A stretch of 63,769 nucleotides of DNA from Gemmatimonadales bacterium (lineage in GTDB: Bacteria > Gemmatimonadota > Gemmatimonadetes > Gemmatimonadales > GWC2-71-9), in contig DASSIL010000164.1 in the NCBI GenBank assembly GCA_035691925.1, positions 1 to 63,769 on the forward strand, written 5' to 3'. Both the position numbers and the translations under genes were made by a program. Below are positions 50,199 through 58,275 of the stretch, one piece after another. Positions within the stretch are counted from its first letter, which is position 1. Every line of letters begins with the position of its first letter. The notes under the pieces are model-generated. The model did no database searches. It saw only the letters and a program-made list of their open reading frames with translations, and was not told the DNA's origin.

Positions 50199-52518
50199 GA
50201 AGCTCAAGGAGCGGGCGCGGGCCCTCGAAGCCAAGGACACGAAGGCCGCGATCGACTCGTGGCTCGAAGTGCTCGATGCCCAGGAAGACGAGTCGGATCC
50301 CAATCCCGACCTCGCCATCTTCAACCGGATCGGCGATCTCTATCTCAAGCAGAAGGACCCGGCACAGGCCGCGGACTATTACGATCGCGCCGTCGATCGC
50401 TATGCCGAGCTCGGTTTTCACAACAATGCCATCGCGATGTGTAACAAGGTGTTGCGGAATGCACCGGGACGTCCCACCACCTACCTGAAACTCGCCAAGC
50501 TCTACGCCGCCAAGGGATTCACCGGAGAAGCCCGCCAGAATTTCATCGAATACGCAGAGCGGATGCAGAAGGCGGGGAATATCCAGCAGGCGTTCCAGGC
50601 GTTGAAGGAGTTCGTCGATCTGTCGCCGGAAGGGGAGCAGCTGCGGCAGATGCTCGAAGAGCATCTGCGCGCTTACGGCGGCCCCGAACTCCACGCCAAG
50701 CTGGCGGCGGCGCCGCCCCCGCGGCCGAGTGCTGCGACCCCTGCCGCCGCGCCGAAGGTCGCCAAACGGAAGACGACGAGCCTCGTCTTTCTCGATCTCG
50801 ACGAGCCGGCCAAGGCGAAGGCGCCGATCCCCGGGCGCCCCAGCGGTGGTCCGGTTCGTCCCCCGGTGGCTCCGCCCGTAGCGGCGCCTCCCGTAGCCCA
50901 GGCGCCGCCGCCAGCGCCGCCAGCGCCGCCGGCACCGCCGCAGGAGCGGCGCGTGGCGGGAGCGCTCGAAGCGACGAGCCTGGGAGACGACGTCGTTACC
51001 GAGCCGGTGGATCACCTCGACGGACTGCAGATCACGAACACCGATTTCGATCAGGTCCGGGAATCGGTCCGCGAGATCGAATCGATCCGACAGGAAAACC
51101 TGGTCGGCGATGCCGACCGCCTGGACGGCCTCGAGCCGACGGCGCCGGCCGTAGAGGAGGAGCCCACCCCCGAGCCGATCGATCTGCCGCTCGTCGAAGC
51201 CTTCGAAGTGGGCGTGTCCGACGCCGCGCTCGAGGAAGAACCCTCGCTGCCCGTCCAGGAGCTCGTGGTCCCGCCGCCGGTCGAGCCGCCGGTCGAGCCG
51301 TCGAAGCGCAAGACCGTCGTCGAGATTCCGCCCCTCGAGCTCGAGCCCAACTTCGACGAGAGCATGGAGACGGCGACGACGGCACGTCACCACGACGTCG
51401 ATGACGCGCCGCTGGCGATCGACGATGCCATCGAGGTCGTCAAGGAATCGGAGCGCGAGCCGATCGTCTTCAATGGACTTGCCGAGGAGGCGCTGGAGAC
51501 GCCCTCCATCGACGAGCTCGAAGCGCGGGTGGCCGACGATCCCGACGACGCCGAAGCCCATCAGGCGCTCGGGGAAGCCCTGATCGAGGCCGGCCAGCGG
51601 GATCGCGGCATCGAAGAGTTGGAGCTCGCCACGGCCGGCTTCGAGAACGCGGGGAATCTGTCGCACGCGCAGGGGTTGGTCGATGAGATGCTGCTGCTCG
51701 ATCCCAACAGCGTCCGGCACCGGCAGAAGCAGGTGGAATTCGCCTACAAGACGGGCGACAAGGCGCGGCTGATCGAGGCCTACATCGAGCTGGCCGACAC
51801 GCTGCTCCGAACCGATCTGGCCGACAAGGCCCGCGCAGTGTACGAGCGCGTCGTCGAGCACGATCCGAGCAACGAGAGAGCGCGGGCGGCGTTGTCGATG
51901 CTCGCGCCGCCCCCCGAGGCCCCGAAGAAGGAGGGCCGGGTGGCGCCGAAGGACGCGAAGATGCGGGTGCGCGACGAGACGAGCGAGGACGGGGATTTCG
52001 TCGACCTCGGCGCGATGATTCTCGACGACGATACGCCGCGCGACACGCGGATGAAGGTGGAGGACGAGGAGCCGACCGGCGACGAAGAGCAGGATTTCCG
52101 GGAGATGCTCACCCGCTTCCGCCAGGGCATCGACGAGAACATCGAGGACACCGACTTCCAGTCGCATTACGACCTCGGCGTCGCCTTCAAGGAGATGGGC
52201 CTGCTCGACGAGGCGATCTCCGAATTCCAGAAGGCCCTGCGGGCGCCGGAGGGCAAGCTGCGCACCTCCGAGGCGCTGGGGGTGTGCTTCTTCGAGAAAG
52301 GCGCGTCGGTCGTGGCGGAGTCGATTCTGCGACGGGCGCTCGACCTGCCTTCGACAGGCGACCAGGAGCGCCTCGGCATTCTGTACTGGCTGGCACGCGC
52401 GATGGAAGAGCAGGGGAAGGCCGCCGAAGCCCGCGAGCTCTACGGACGGGTCTTCGCCGTCGACATCCGTTTCATGGACGTGGGGGCGCGGGTCAAGGCG
52501 CTCGCCCAAGTGCGCTGA
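50185..52518 (+). CDS. Large TPR protein with a central acidic/Pro-Ala-rich low-complexity region
   Basis: 777 aa. There are N-terminal TPR-like helices, then ~300 aa of P/A/E/D-rich sequence (APPPAPPAPPAPP, EEPTPEPIDLP), then C-terminal TPR units (AHQALGEALIEAG, YDLGVAFKEMGLLDEAISEFQKAL). No signal peptide is evident. Confidence 0.65.
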   Translation: MSKLEKLKERARALEAKDTKAAIDSWLEVLDAQEDESDPNPDLAIFNRIGDLYLKQKDPAQAADYYDRAVDRYAELGFHNNAIAMCNKVLRNAPGRPTTYLKLAKLYAAKGFTGEARQNFIEYAERMQKAGNIQQAFQALKEFVDLSPEGEQLRQMLEEHLRAYGGPELHAKLAAAPPPRPSAATPAAAPKVAKRKTTSLVFLDLDEPAKAKAPIPGRPSGGPVRPPVAPPVAAPPVAQAPPPAPPAPPAPPQERRVAGALEATSLGDDVVTEPVDHLDGLQITNTDFDQVRESVREIESIRQENLVGDADRLDGLEPTAPAVEEEPTPEPIDLPLVEAFEVGVSDAALEEEPSLPVQELVVPPPVEPPVEPSKRKTVVEIPPLELEPNFDESMETATTARHHDVDDAPLAIDDAIEVVKESEREPIVFNGLAEEALETPSIDELEARVADDPDDAEAHQALGEALIEAGQRDRGIEELELATAGFENAGNLSHAQGLVDEMLLLDPNSVRHRQKQVEFAYKTGDKARLIEAYIELADTLLRTDLADKARAVYERVVEHDPSNERARAALSMLAPPPEAPKKEGRVAPKDAKMRVRDETSEDGDFVDLGAMILDDDTPRDTRMKVEDEEPTGDEEQDFREMLTRFRQGIDENIEDTDFQSHYDLGVAFKEMGLLDEAISEFQKALRAPEGKLRTSEALGVCFFEKGASVVAESILRRALDLPSTGDQERLGILYWLARAMEEQGKAAEARELYGRVFAVDIRFMDVGARVKALAQVR

Positions 52519-52519
52519 C

Positions 52520-53509
52520 GTGAGCGAACAGGCGATTCGCGCCTCGCTGGGCGACATCCAGCGCCCGGTGGCGGCGGAGCTCGACCAGGTCGCCGCCGAG
52601 CTGCGGCGCATCATCGCGGCCGACTTTCCCATCATCGCCGACGCCAACGATCACCTGCTGCGGATGAAGGGCAAGCTCTTCCGCCCGATGCTGCTGCTGC
52701 TCAGCCGCCAGGCGGTCGGCGGCACCGATCCGCGCGCGGTGACGATGGCGGCGGTGGTCGAGCTGATCCATCTGGCCACGCTGGTGCACGACGACTCGGT
52801 GGATCACTCGGCGCTGCGGCGCGGCATGCCGACGCTCAATGCGCTGTTCTCGCATCAGGTCGCCGTCATCATGGGCGACTACCTCTATTCGCGGGCGATC
52901 ATCGAGCTGGTGCGGCTGGAAGACCTCGAGCCGCTGCGCGTCTTCGCGCGGGTCACCAACGAGATGACGATCGGGGAGATGCGGCAGCTCGAGGCGCACG
53001 ATCGGCTCGCCTACGGCGAGTCCCAGTACGACATGTTGATCCGCGCCAAGACTGCGTCCTTGCTCTCGGGGGCGTGTGAGGTCGGCGCGCTGTCGGCGCC
53101 CACGCCGGTGCGCGAGGCGCTGTCACGGTTCGGCATGCTGCTCGGCATGGCGTTTCAGATCACCGACGACCTGCTCGACTACACGCAGCCGGAAGCGGTC
53201 ACCGGCAAGCCGTCCGGACTCGACCTGAAGGAACACAAGATCACGCTGCCGTTGATCGCCGTGCTGCCGCGATTGTCGGCGGAGGAGCGCCAGGTGGTGG
53301 CGCACCTCATGACGACCGATGATCCGTCGGATGCCCAGGTTGCGGAGGTGATCCGTCTTGTAGAGGAAAAAGGGGGACTCGAGGTGGCGCGGCGCCGGGC
53401 GCTCGATCTCGCCCAGCAGGCGGAAGCCGAGCTCGCCGCCGTGGCGCCGTCCACGGCGCGCGAGGCGCTGCGGGACAGTATCGCCTACGCCATCGAGCGG
53501 CGGAGCTGA
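52520..53509 (+). CDS. All-trans polyprenyl diphosphate synthase (IspB/HepT-like)
   Basis: 329 aa. The first DDxxD motif is LVHDDSVDHSALRRG and the second is FQITDDLLDY. KLFRPMLLLL is also present. Confidence 0.88.
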   Translation: MSEQAIRASLGDIQRPVAAELDQVAAELRRIIAADFPIIADANDHLLRMKGKLFRPMLLLLSRQAVGGTDPRAVTMAAVVELIHLATLVHDDSVDHSALRRGMPTLNALFSHQVAVIMGDYLYSRAIIELVRLEDLEPLRVFARVTNEMTIGEMRQLEAHDRLAYGESQYDMLIRAKTASLLSGACEVGALSAPTPVREALSRFGMLLGMAFQITDDLLDYTQPEAVTGKPSGLDLKEHKITLPLIAVLPRLSAEERQVVAHLMTTDDPSDAQVAEVIRLVEEKGGLEVARRRALDLAQQAEAELAAVAPSTAREALRDSIAYAIERRS

Positions 53510-53511
53510 AC

Positions 53512-53784
53512 GTGGCGCGCGGTCCGCGGCGCCCGTTATTTTACTTTGGCGTCCTCGCCACGGGGTTCGTGCTGGGGGGCTTTCTGCAGGCCTTGCTGCG
53601 ACGCTTCCTGCCCCAGGGCGCGGCGAAGGAATTTTTCACGACCGCCGTCACGCCCACGTTCGGGCCGATTCATCTGGACCTGCTCGTGGTCTCCATTACG
53701 CTCGGGCCCGTCGGGCTCGAGGTGTCGCTGTTGTCGGTGCTGGGCGTCGTCATCGCGTACCTGATCGCCCGGTCGCTTTTCTAG
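53512..53784 (+). CDS. Small membrane protein (DUF4321-like)
   Basis: 90 aa with two hydrophobic segments. The pattern ...FGPIHLDLLVVSITLGPVGLEVSLLSVLGVVIAYLI is reminiscent of DUF4321. The family call comes from memory of that pattern only. Confidence 0.5.
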   Translation: MARGPRRPLFYFGVLATGFVLGGFLQALLRRFLPQGAAKEFFTTAVTPTFGPIHLDLLVVSITLGPVGLEVSLLSVLGVVIAYLIARSLF

Positions 53785-53797
53785 AGGGAGTGGGGTT

Positions 53798-54028
53798 ATG
53801 GATCTGTCGCTGACGCACATTCTGATCCTGCTGGTCATCGCGCTGCTGGTGTTCGGCGCCCGGCGGATCCCCGAAATCGGATCGTCGCTGGGGCAGGGGA
53901 TCCGGGAGTTCAAGAAGAGCCTGCGGGAGGTCGGGTCGGATGAGCCGCAACCGCCCGTGCCGCCCTCGACCAACGCGTCGAACCTGCCGCCGGCAAGCGG
54001 CGGCGAGCCGAAGCGTTTGAATCAGTAG
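53798..54028 (+). CDS. tatA: Twin-arginine translocase subunit TatA/E
   Basis: 76 aa. HILILLVIALLVFGARRIPEIGSSLGQGIREFKKSL is the canonical TatA TM segment, hinge and amphipathic helix (FG...P..G..LG..I..FK). Confidence 0.9.
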   Translation: MDLSLTHILILLVIALLVFGARRIPEIGSSLGQGIREFKKSLREVGSDEPQPPVPPSTNASNLPPASGGEPKRLNQ

Positions 54029-54029
54029 T

Positions 54030-54056
54030 CCGCCCGCCGCTAGCTGCCGGCGGCGG
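54030..54056. terminator. GC hairpin spanning the convergent tatA/ppiD stop codons
   Basis: CCGCC(c)GCCG-ctagctgc-CGGCGGCGG forms 9 bp with one bulge. The convergent genes are only 11 nt apart. Confidence 0.3.
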
Positions 54057-55911
54057 TGTTCTGCGGTCGGAAGAGGTCCTTGCGCCGGTCGACCACCTTG
54101 GCGCGCTGGCGCAGCGCCGTGACGTAGGCCTCCACGCGCGCCTGGCGCGCCTGCTGCAACAATCCCTCCCGCTGCGTGTCGCGTTGTGCCGCCCACGCCG
54201 CCGAATCGGCGGCGTGCCGTGCCGTCAGCTGGACCACGAAGCCGCGGTGCTCTCCGATGAGCGCGCCGCTGTGCTGTCCTACGCCGAGTCCGAAGATCGT
54301 CCCCAGCACGTTCGGCTCGAGCTGTAAGATCGGCGGGGGGCGCAGCCGGGTGAAAGGACCGAATCGCTGGACCGCGACACCCTGGGCGGCAGCGGCGGAC
54401 GCCAGCGGACTGGCGGCGAGCGCGCTCGCGAGCTGTTGCGTGCGGGTCTTCCAGAGCTGGGTTTTCTTCTCCAGCCGCACCTGATAGTCGACCTGGTCGC
54501 GCACCTGCCGGAGCGGCGCCACGCCTTCTTCCTGCAGCGAGTCGAGCCGGAAGACGTAGTAGGCGACCTCCCCCTGAATTACGGGGCTGGTCTCTCCGAT
54601 GCGGTGCTGGAAGGCCCATACGCCGATATCGGGAATGACATACCGGCCCAGCACGACGCGATCGCCGTCGACGACCCGCGGCGCCGTCGCCAGCGGCAGG
54701 TGCAGCCGGTGCGCCGCGCTATCGAGCAGCCAGCCGCTGTCGCGCTCGGCAACGATCCGATCGAGACTGTCGGCGACCGTCTCGACCGAGTCGCGATGTG
54801 CCCCGGCCAGATCGATCGGAACGAGAATGTGCCGCACGTGCAGCGAGTCGCCCTTCTCGGCATCGATGCGGATGAGGTGATAGCCGAAGTTCGAGCGGAC
54901 CGGCTTGGACACCTGACCGACAGGCAGGCCGCGCAGGCCGGCGAGGAACAGCGTGTCGAACTGTGGTTGGTTGCGCTTGATCCACCCGAGGTCGCCGCCC
55001 TGGCGACCACTCCCCGTGTCCGACGAGACGCGGCGCGCCAGATCCTCGAACTTCGTCAGGCTGGCAGCGGCTTCGATGCGCAGGCTGTCGGCCCGTGCGA
55101 GGGCTGCAGCGGAATCGGCGTGGTTCGCCGCGCGCGGCAGCGCGATGAAGCTGGTCCATGCAGCCGCAGGCCGCTTGAAGTCGTCCTTGTGCGCACTGTA
55201 GTAACGATTGGCCTCGGCATCCGACACCGCAACCGCCGAATCCGGAATCTGTTCCGGGCCGATCGTCACGAGGTCCACAGTGGCGGAGTCGTGCTGGTCG
55301 CGGTAAATGCGCCACAGCTTGGCGTCGGAGACGTAGAGATCGGCGGTGATGTACTGCAGTAGCTTCACCTGCGGAATCTGGTCGCGATAGCGCGCTTCCA
55401 GGGCGAGGAGGAACTCGGGGTTCTGGCCGCTCTGCAGGAAGCGCCGCCACTTCGTCGCATCGAACTGGCCGTTGGTCTGGAAGTCCGGGAGGGACATCAC
55501 TTCCGGCGGCGGCGAGGTCTGCGCCGCGTCGCGAATCTCCTGGTCGGTGACGGTGATTCCGAGGCGCTGCGTCTCGCGCTGGATCAGTTTCGCGCGCACG
55601 AGCTGATCGACGACCTGGTTCTCGAGCTGCTGCCGGTCTTCGGCGGGAAGCTGGGACGTGCCGTTACTCGCCTGATACTGCTGTACCGCCGCCTGGACGG
55701 CCTGCTGGAACTCGGCGTTGCGGATCTCCACCCGTCCAACGCGGAGCAAACGCAGCAACCAGTTGCTGGCAGTATTGACGACGACGACGGTATCCCGCGA
55801 GCCCGAGAGAATCTCCTGTACCTGGCCGTAGGCGAGCCACCCGACGAACGACAGGGCAAGCACCGGAAAGACGTACTTGGTGATGGTTCGCATCTCGCGC
55901 AGCATGGCCAT
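54040..55911 (-). CDS. ppiD: Periplasmic chaperone / peptidyl-prolyl isomerase PpiD-like (SurA_N + parvulin domain)
   Basis: An N-terminal TM anchor (ITKYVFPVLALSFVGWLAYG) precedes a long chaperone region and a parvulin motif (GGDLGWI......F......L..G.VS.PV.S.FGYHLIRI). The start is set at the internal MAMLREM. The track start at 55962 adds 17 aa. Confidence 0.8.
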   Translation of the reverse strand: MAMLREMRTITKYVFPVLALSFVGWLAYGQVQEILSGSRDTVVVVNTASNWLLRLLRVGRVEIRNAEFQQAVQAAVQQYQASNGTSQLPAEDRQQLENQVVDQLVRAKLIQRETQRLGITVTDQEIRDAAQTSPPPEVMSLPDFQTNGQFDATKWRRFLQSGQNPEFLLALEARYRDQIPQVKLLQYITADLYVSDAKLWRIYRDQHDSATVDLVTIGPEQIPDSAVAVSDAEANRYYSAHKDDFKRPAAAWTSFIALPRAANHADSAAALARADSLRIEAAASLTKFEDLARRVSSDTGSGRQGGDLGWIKRNQPQFDTLFLAGLRGLPVGQVSKPVRSNFGYHLIRIDAEKGDSLHVRHILVPIDLAGAHRDSVETVADSLDRIVAERDSGWLLDSAAHRLHLPLATAPRVVDGDRVVLGRYVIPDIGVWAFQHRIGETSPVIQGEVAYYVFRLDSLQEEGVAPLRQVRDQVDYQVRLEKKTQLWKTRTQQLASALAASPLASAAAAQGVAVQRFGPFTRLRPPPILQLEPNVLGTIFGLGVGQHSGALIGEHRGFVVQLTARHAADSAAWAAQRDTQREGLLQQARQARVEAYVTALRQRAKVVDRRKDLFRPQNTAAGS

Positions 55912-55996
55912 TCGAAACCCCGTCGATCGGGCGGTGAGGGGGTGTAAGTCTAAGCGGGACAACGAACAAACTCAAGCGAGATGACCGCACCAGTAT

Positions 55997-56026
55997 TTGA
56001 CAGGTCCGCCGGTCAAACACTAAGTT
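55997..56026 (+). promoter_or_regulatory. Candidate promoter for the 56054 TPR gene in the divergent spacer
   Basis: TTGACA (55997-56002), an 18-nt spacer, then TAAGTT (56021-56026). It overlaps the inverted repeat TTTGAC-N10-GTCAAA (55996-56017). Confidence 0.35.
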
Positions 56027-56053
56027 AGATCAATTCCGACAAAGACTTAGGCC

Positions 56054-57823
56054 GTGGCGTACACTAGCGAAATCGAAAAGCTCGAAGCCCGCTACCGGGA
56101 GAATCCCAAAGGGCGAAACTTCGCGCCATTGGCCGATGCGTATCGCAAAGCAGGGCTTATAGATAACGCTATCGAGCTCTGCCAGGCGGGACTCACTCTC
56201 CATCCCGACTACGTCAGCGGTCATATCGTGCACGGCCGCTGTCTCGTCGACAAGAAGGACGACGCCGGGGCGGAGACTGTATTCCGCAGAGTGCTCGACC
56301 TGGACCCCGAAAACATCCTGGCGTTGAAGGTGCTCGCGGAAGTCGCCGAGCGAAACAACCACTACGACCAGGCGATGGAGTGGCTCAACCGCCTGTTGCT
56401 CGCTGATCCGATGAATGGCGAAGCGGCCGAGGGACTCTCGCGCGTACGCGGCAAGGTCGCGACCCAGCCGATCACGCCGCCCGCCGCCGCGGCCGCACCG
56501 GTGGCGACACTGGTGGTGGACATCCCCGCTCCCCCAGTCGACACTCCGCTGGAAGTGGAGCACGAGGCGGTGGAGTTCGACCCGAGTACCGCTCCGGCGG
56601 ATCACGGGGCGGCGCAGCGCGCGCTGGGAATCGAGAACACGGAAGGGCCGTTCGATCCCAGTGCGCCGAGCGCTCCGACCACCCCGATGGCGCGGCCTGA
56701 CTTCGTGCTGGAGCGCACGTCTGAGGTCAGTCCCGAAGCGAGCGTCTCGGCGCCAGCGCCGGAGCCGGAGTTCGAGCCCGTCGAATTCGATGTCACGGAA
56801 GCCGAGCCTGCCCCTACGGAGGGGCTGCTGATCGACGAGGAGCCTGCGGTCACCGCAGATCCGAGCGTGCAGGTAGAGGGCTTGGCGCGGACGCAGTACG
56901 AAGGCAGCGGCGTGTTCAAGGTCGAGGACGTCGTCGATTCCACGCCGTTCGAAGAGCGTCCCACGAGCCCAGTCGCCGATCTGCCACTGATCATGCCCGA
57001 GGAGCTGGACCTGCCGCCGGTGCCCGCGGCTCCGTCGCCCGCCCCCGCACGCGCGTCGACACCCGCGCCGGCGCCAACCCCCGTTCTGGAGCCGCCGCAA
57101 CTCGGTCACCTGGATGACGACGACGGCGCCGCGGACCAGGCGGCCTTGTCTCAGGCAGAACCGGTGCTCACGGAGACGATGGCCGAGCTGTACCTGCGCC
57201 AGGGACATCGCGACGACGCGTTGCGGGTGTACCAGGCGCTGGCAGCCCAACGGCCGCATGATACCCGGCTGCGCGACAAGGTGGCCGAATTGTCGGCGCC
57301 ACCACCGCCGCCGCGGGTGCGTCCCGCGGGAAGCGGGCAATCCGCCGGTGCGTTTCTGCGCGGCATTCTGGGGGCGCGACCCGGTGCACCCGCGCCGGCG
57401 CTGCCAGAACCGCCGGTCGCCCCGCGCACCTCCGCTCCCGTCGTCCCGCCGCCCGCAGCCGCGGAGCCGGTCGATGTGACGTCGAGCGAAGGGGCTCCAG
57501 CTCCCGCCGAACCGGCGCCCGGCAGCCCGACGCGTCCCGCGAGCGACGCGATCTCGCTGGATTCGGTCTTCGGGGAGGAGAGCAACCGGGCTGCGGCGCC
57601 CGCCGTGCCGGAGAGCGCCCCGGATAGCGGGAGCCCGCCGTCGTCGGAAGGGGGATTCTCGTTCGACGACTTCTTCGGATCGCCCGGGTCCCCGAACGCG
57701 GGGGAGAATAGAGCGTCGGCTCCCAACGCGCGTTCCTCGCGCCCGTCGGGACGGGCGCGCGCGCCCGAAAAGGAAGAAGACCTGGATCAGTTCCAGGCAT
57801 GGCTGAAGAGCCTCAAGGCCTAG
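56054..57823 (+). CDS. TPR protein with a long Pro/Ala/Glu-rich region
   Basis: 589 aa with a GTG start. The N-terminal ~130 aa are TPR units. About 230 aa of P/A/E-rich sequence follows, then an isolated TPR-like unit (TMAELYLRQGHRDDALRVYQALAAQRPHD), a further P/A/S-rich tail and the terminal DLDQFQAWLKSLKA. Confidence 0.65.
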   Translation: MAYTSEIEKLEARYRENPKGRNFAPLADAYRKAGLIDNAIELCQAGLTLHPDYVSGHIVHGRCLVDKKDDAGAETVFRRVLDLDPENILALKVLAEVAERNNHYDQAMEWLNRLLLADPMNGEAAEGLSRVRGKVATQPITPPAAAAAPVATLVVDIPAPPVDTPLEVEHEAVEFDPSTAPADHGAAQRALGIENTEGPFDPSAPSAPTTPMARPDFVLERTSEVSPEASVSAPAPEPEFEPVEFDVTEAEPAPTEGLLIDEEPAVTADPSVQVEGLARTQYEGSGVFKVEDVVDSTPFEERPTSPVADLPLIMPEELDLPPVPAAPSPAPARASTPAPAPTPVLEPPQLGHLDDDDGAADQAALSQAEPVLTETMAELYLRQGHRDDALRVYQALAAQRPHDTRLRDKVAELSAPPPPPRVRPAGSGQSAGAFLRGILGARPGAPAPALPEPPVAPRTSAPVVPPPAAAEPVDVTSSEGAPAPAEPAPGSPTRPASDAISLDSVFGEESNRAAAPAVPESAPDSGSPPSSEGGFSFDDFFGSPGSPNAGENRASAPNARSSRPSGRARAPEKEEDLDQFQAWLKSLKA

Positions 57824-58275
57824 TGCGCATCGCCGTCTTGAACGGCCCCAATCTCAATCTGCTGGGCGAGCGTGAGCCCGAGCTGTACGGGCGCGCGACC
57901 CTCGCCGACGTCGAAGCGGCGACCCGCCGCGAAGCCGCTACGCTCGGGGTCGAGATGGCGTGGACCCAGACGAATCACGAAGGGGAATTGGTCGAGGCGA
58001 TCCAGCGATTGCGGGAGACGGCGGATGGTGCCCTCGTCAACGCGGCCGCCTTCACGCACACCAGTCTGGCCGTGCGTGATGCGCTGCTCGCCGTTCGAGT
58101 CCCGTTCGTCGAGGTGCATCTGTCGAACATTTTCGCGCGCGAGCCGGCGCGCCGGCAGTCGCTGCTCGCCGACATCGCGTGGGGGGTCGTGAGCGGATTC
58201 GGCGCGGACAGTTATCGGCTGGCGCTGGATGGGCTGGTGCGCCGGCTCCGCGCGGCGCCCGCCCGTGACGGCTGA
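57823..58275 (+). CDS. aroQ: 3-dehydroquinate dehydratase, type II
   Basis: VRIAVLNGPNLNLLGEREPELYG, QTNHEGELV and NAAAFTHTS.A.RDAL....P.VEVHLSNI match AroQ. GTG 57823 forms a TAGTG junction. An alternative start is ATG 57799. Confidence 0.9.
   Translation: MRIAVLNGPNLNLLGEREPELYGRATLADVEAATRREAATLGVEMAWTQTNHEGELVEAIQRLRETADGALVNAAAFTHTSLAVRDALLAVRVPFVEVHLSNIFAREPARRQSLLADIAWGVVSGFGADSYRLALDGLVRRLRAAPARDG

Noticed and set aside
50905-50945. Short near-exact direct repeats (gcgccgcc(a/g)gc...) that could resemble a repeat array
   Set aside because: They are in-frame codon repeats encoding APPAPPAPP within a coding region. There are no spacers of unique sequence, so this is not a CRISPR array.
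49888-52647. 919-aa minus-strand ORF
   Set aside because: It is antisense to hutI and the 777-aa TPR gene. It has no motifs and a shadow-ORF composition.
55912-56053. Possible tRNA or small RNA in the larger intergenic spacers (also 3700-3782, 26737-26821, 33279-33378, 44378-44513, 45693-45775 and 59357-59435)
   Set aside because: None shows a T-loop GGTTCGAATCC-type motif with matching acceptor-stem complementarity, and the spacers are under 145 nt. They are better explained by promoters and terminator hairpins. A covariance-model scan would be needed to exclude small RNAs.
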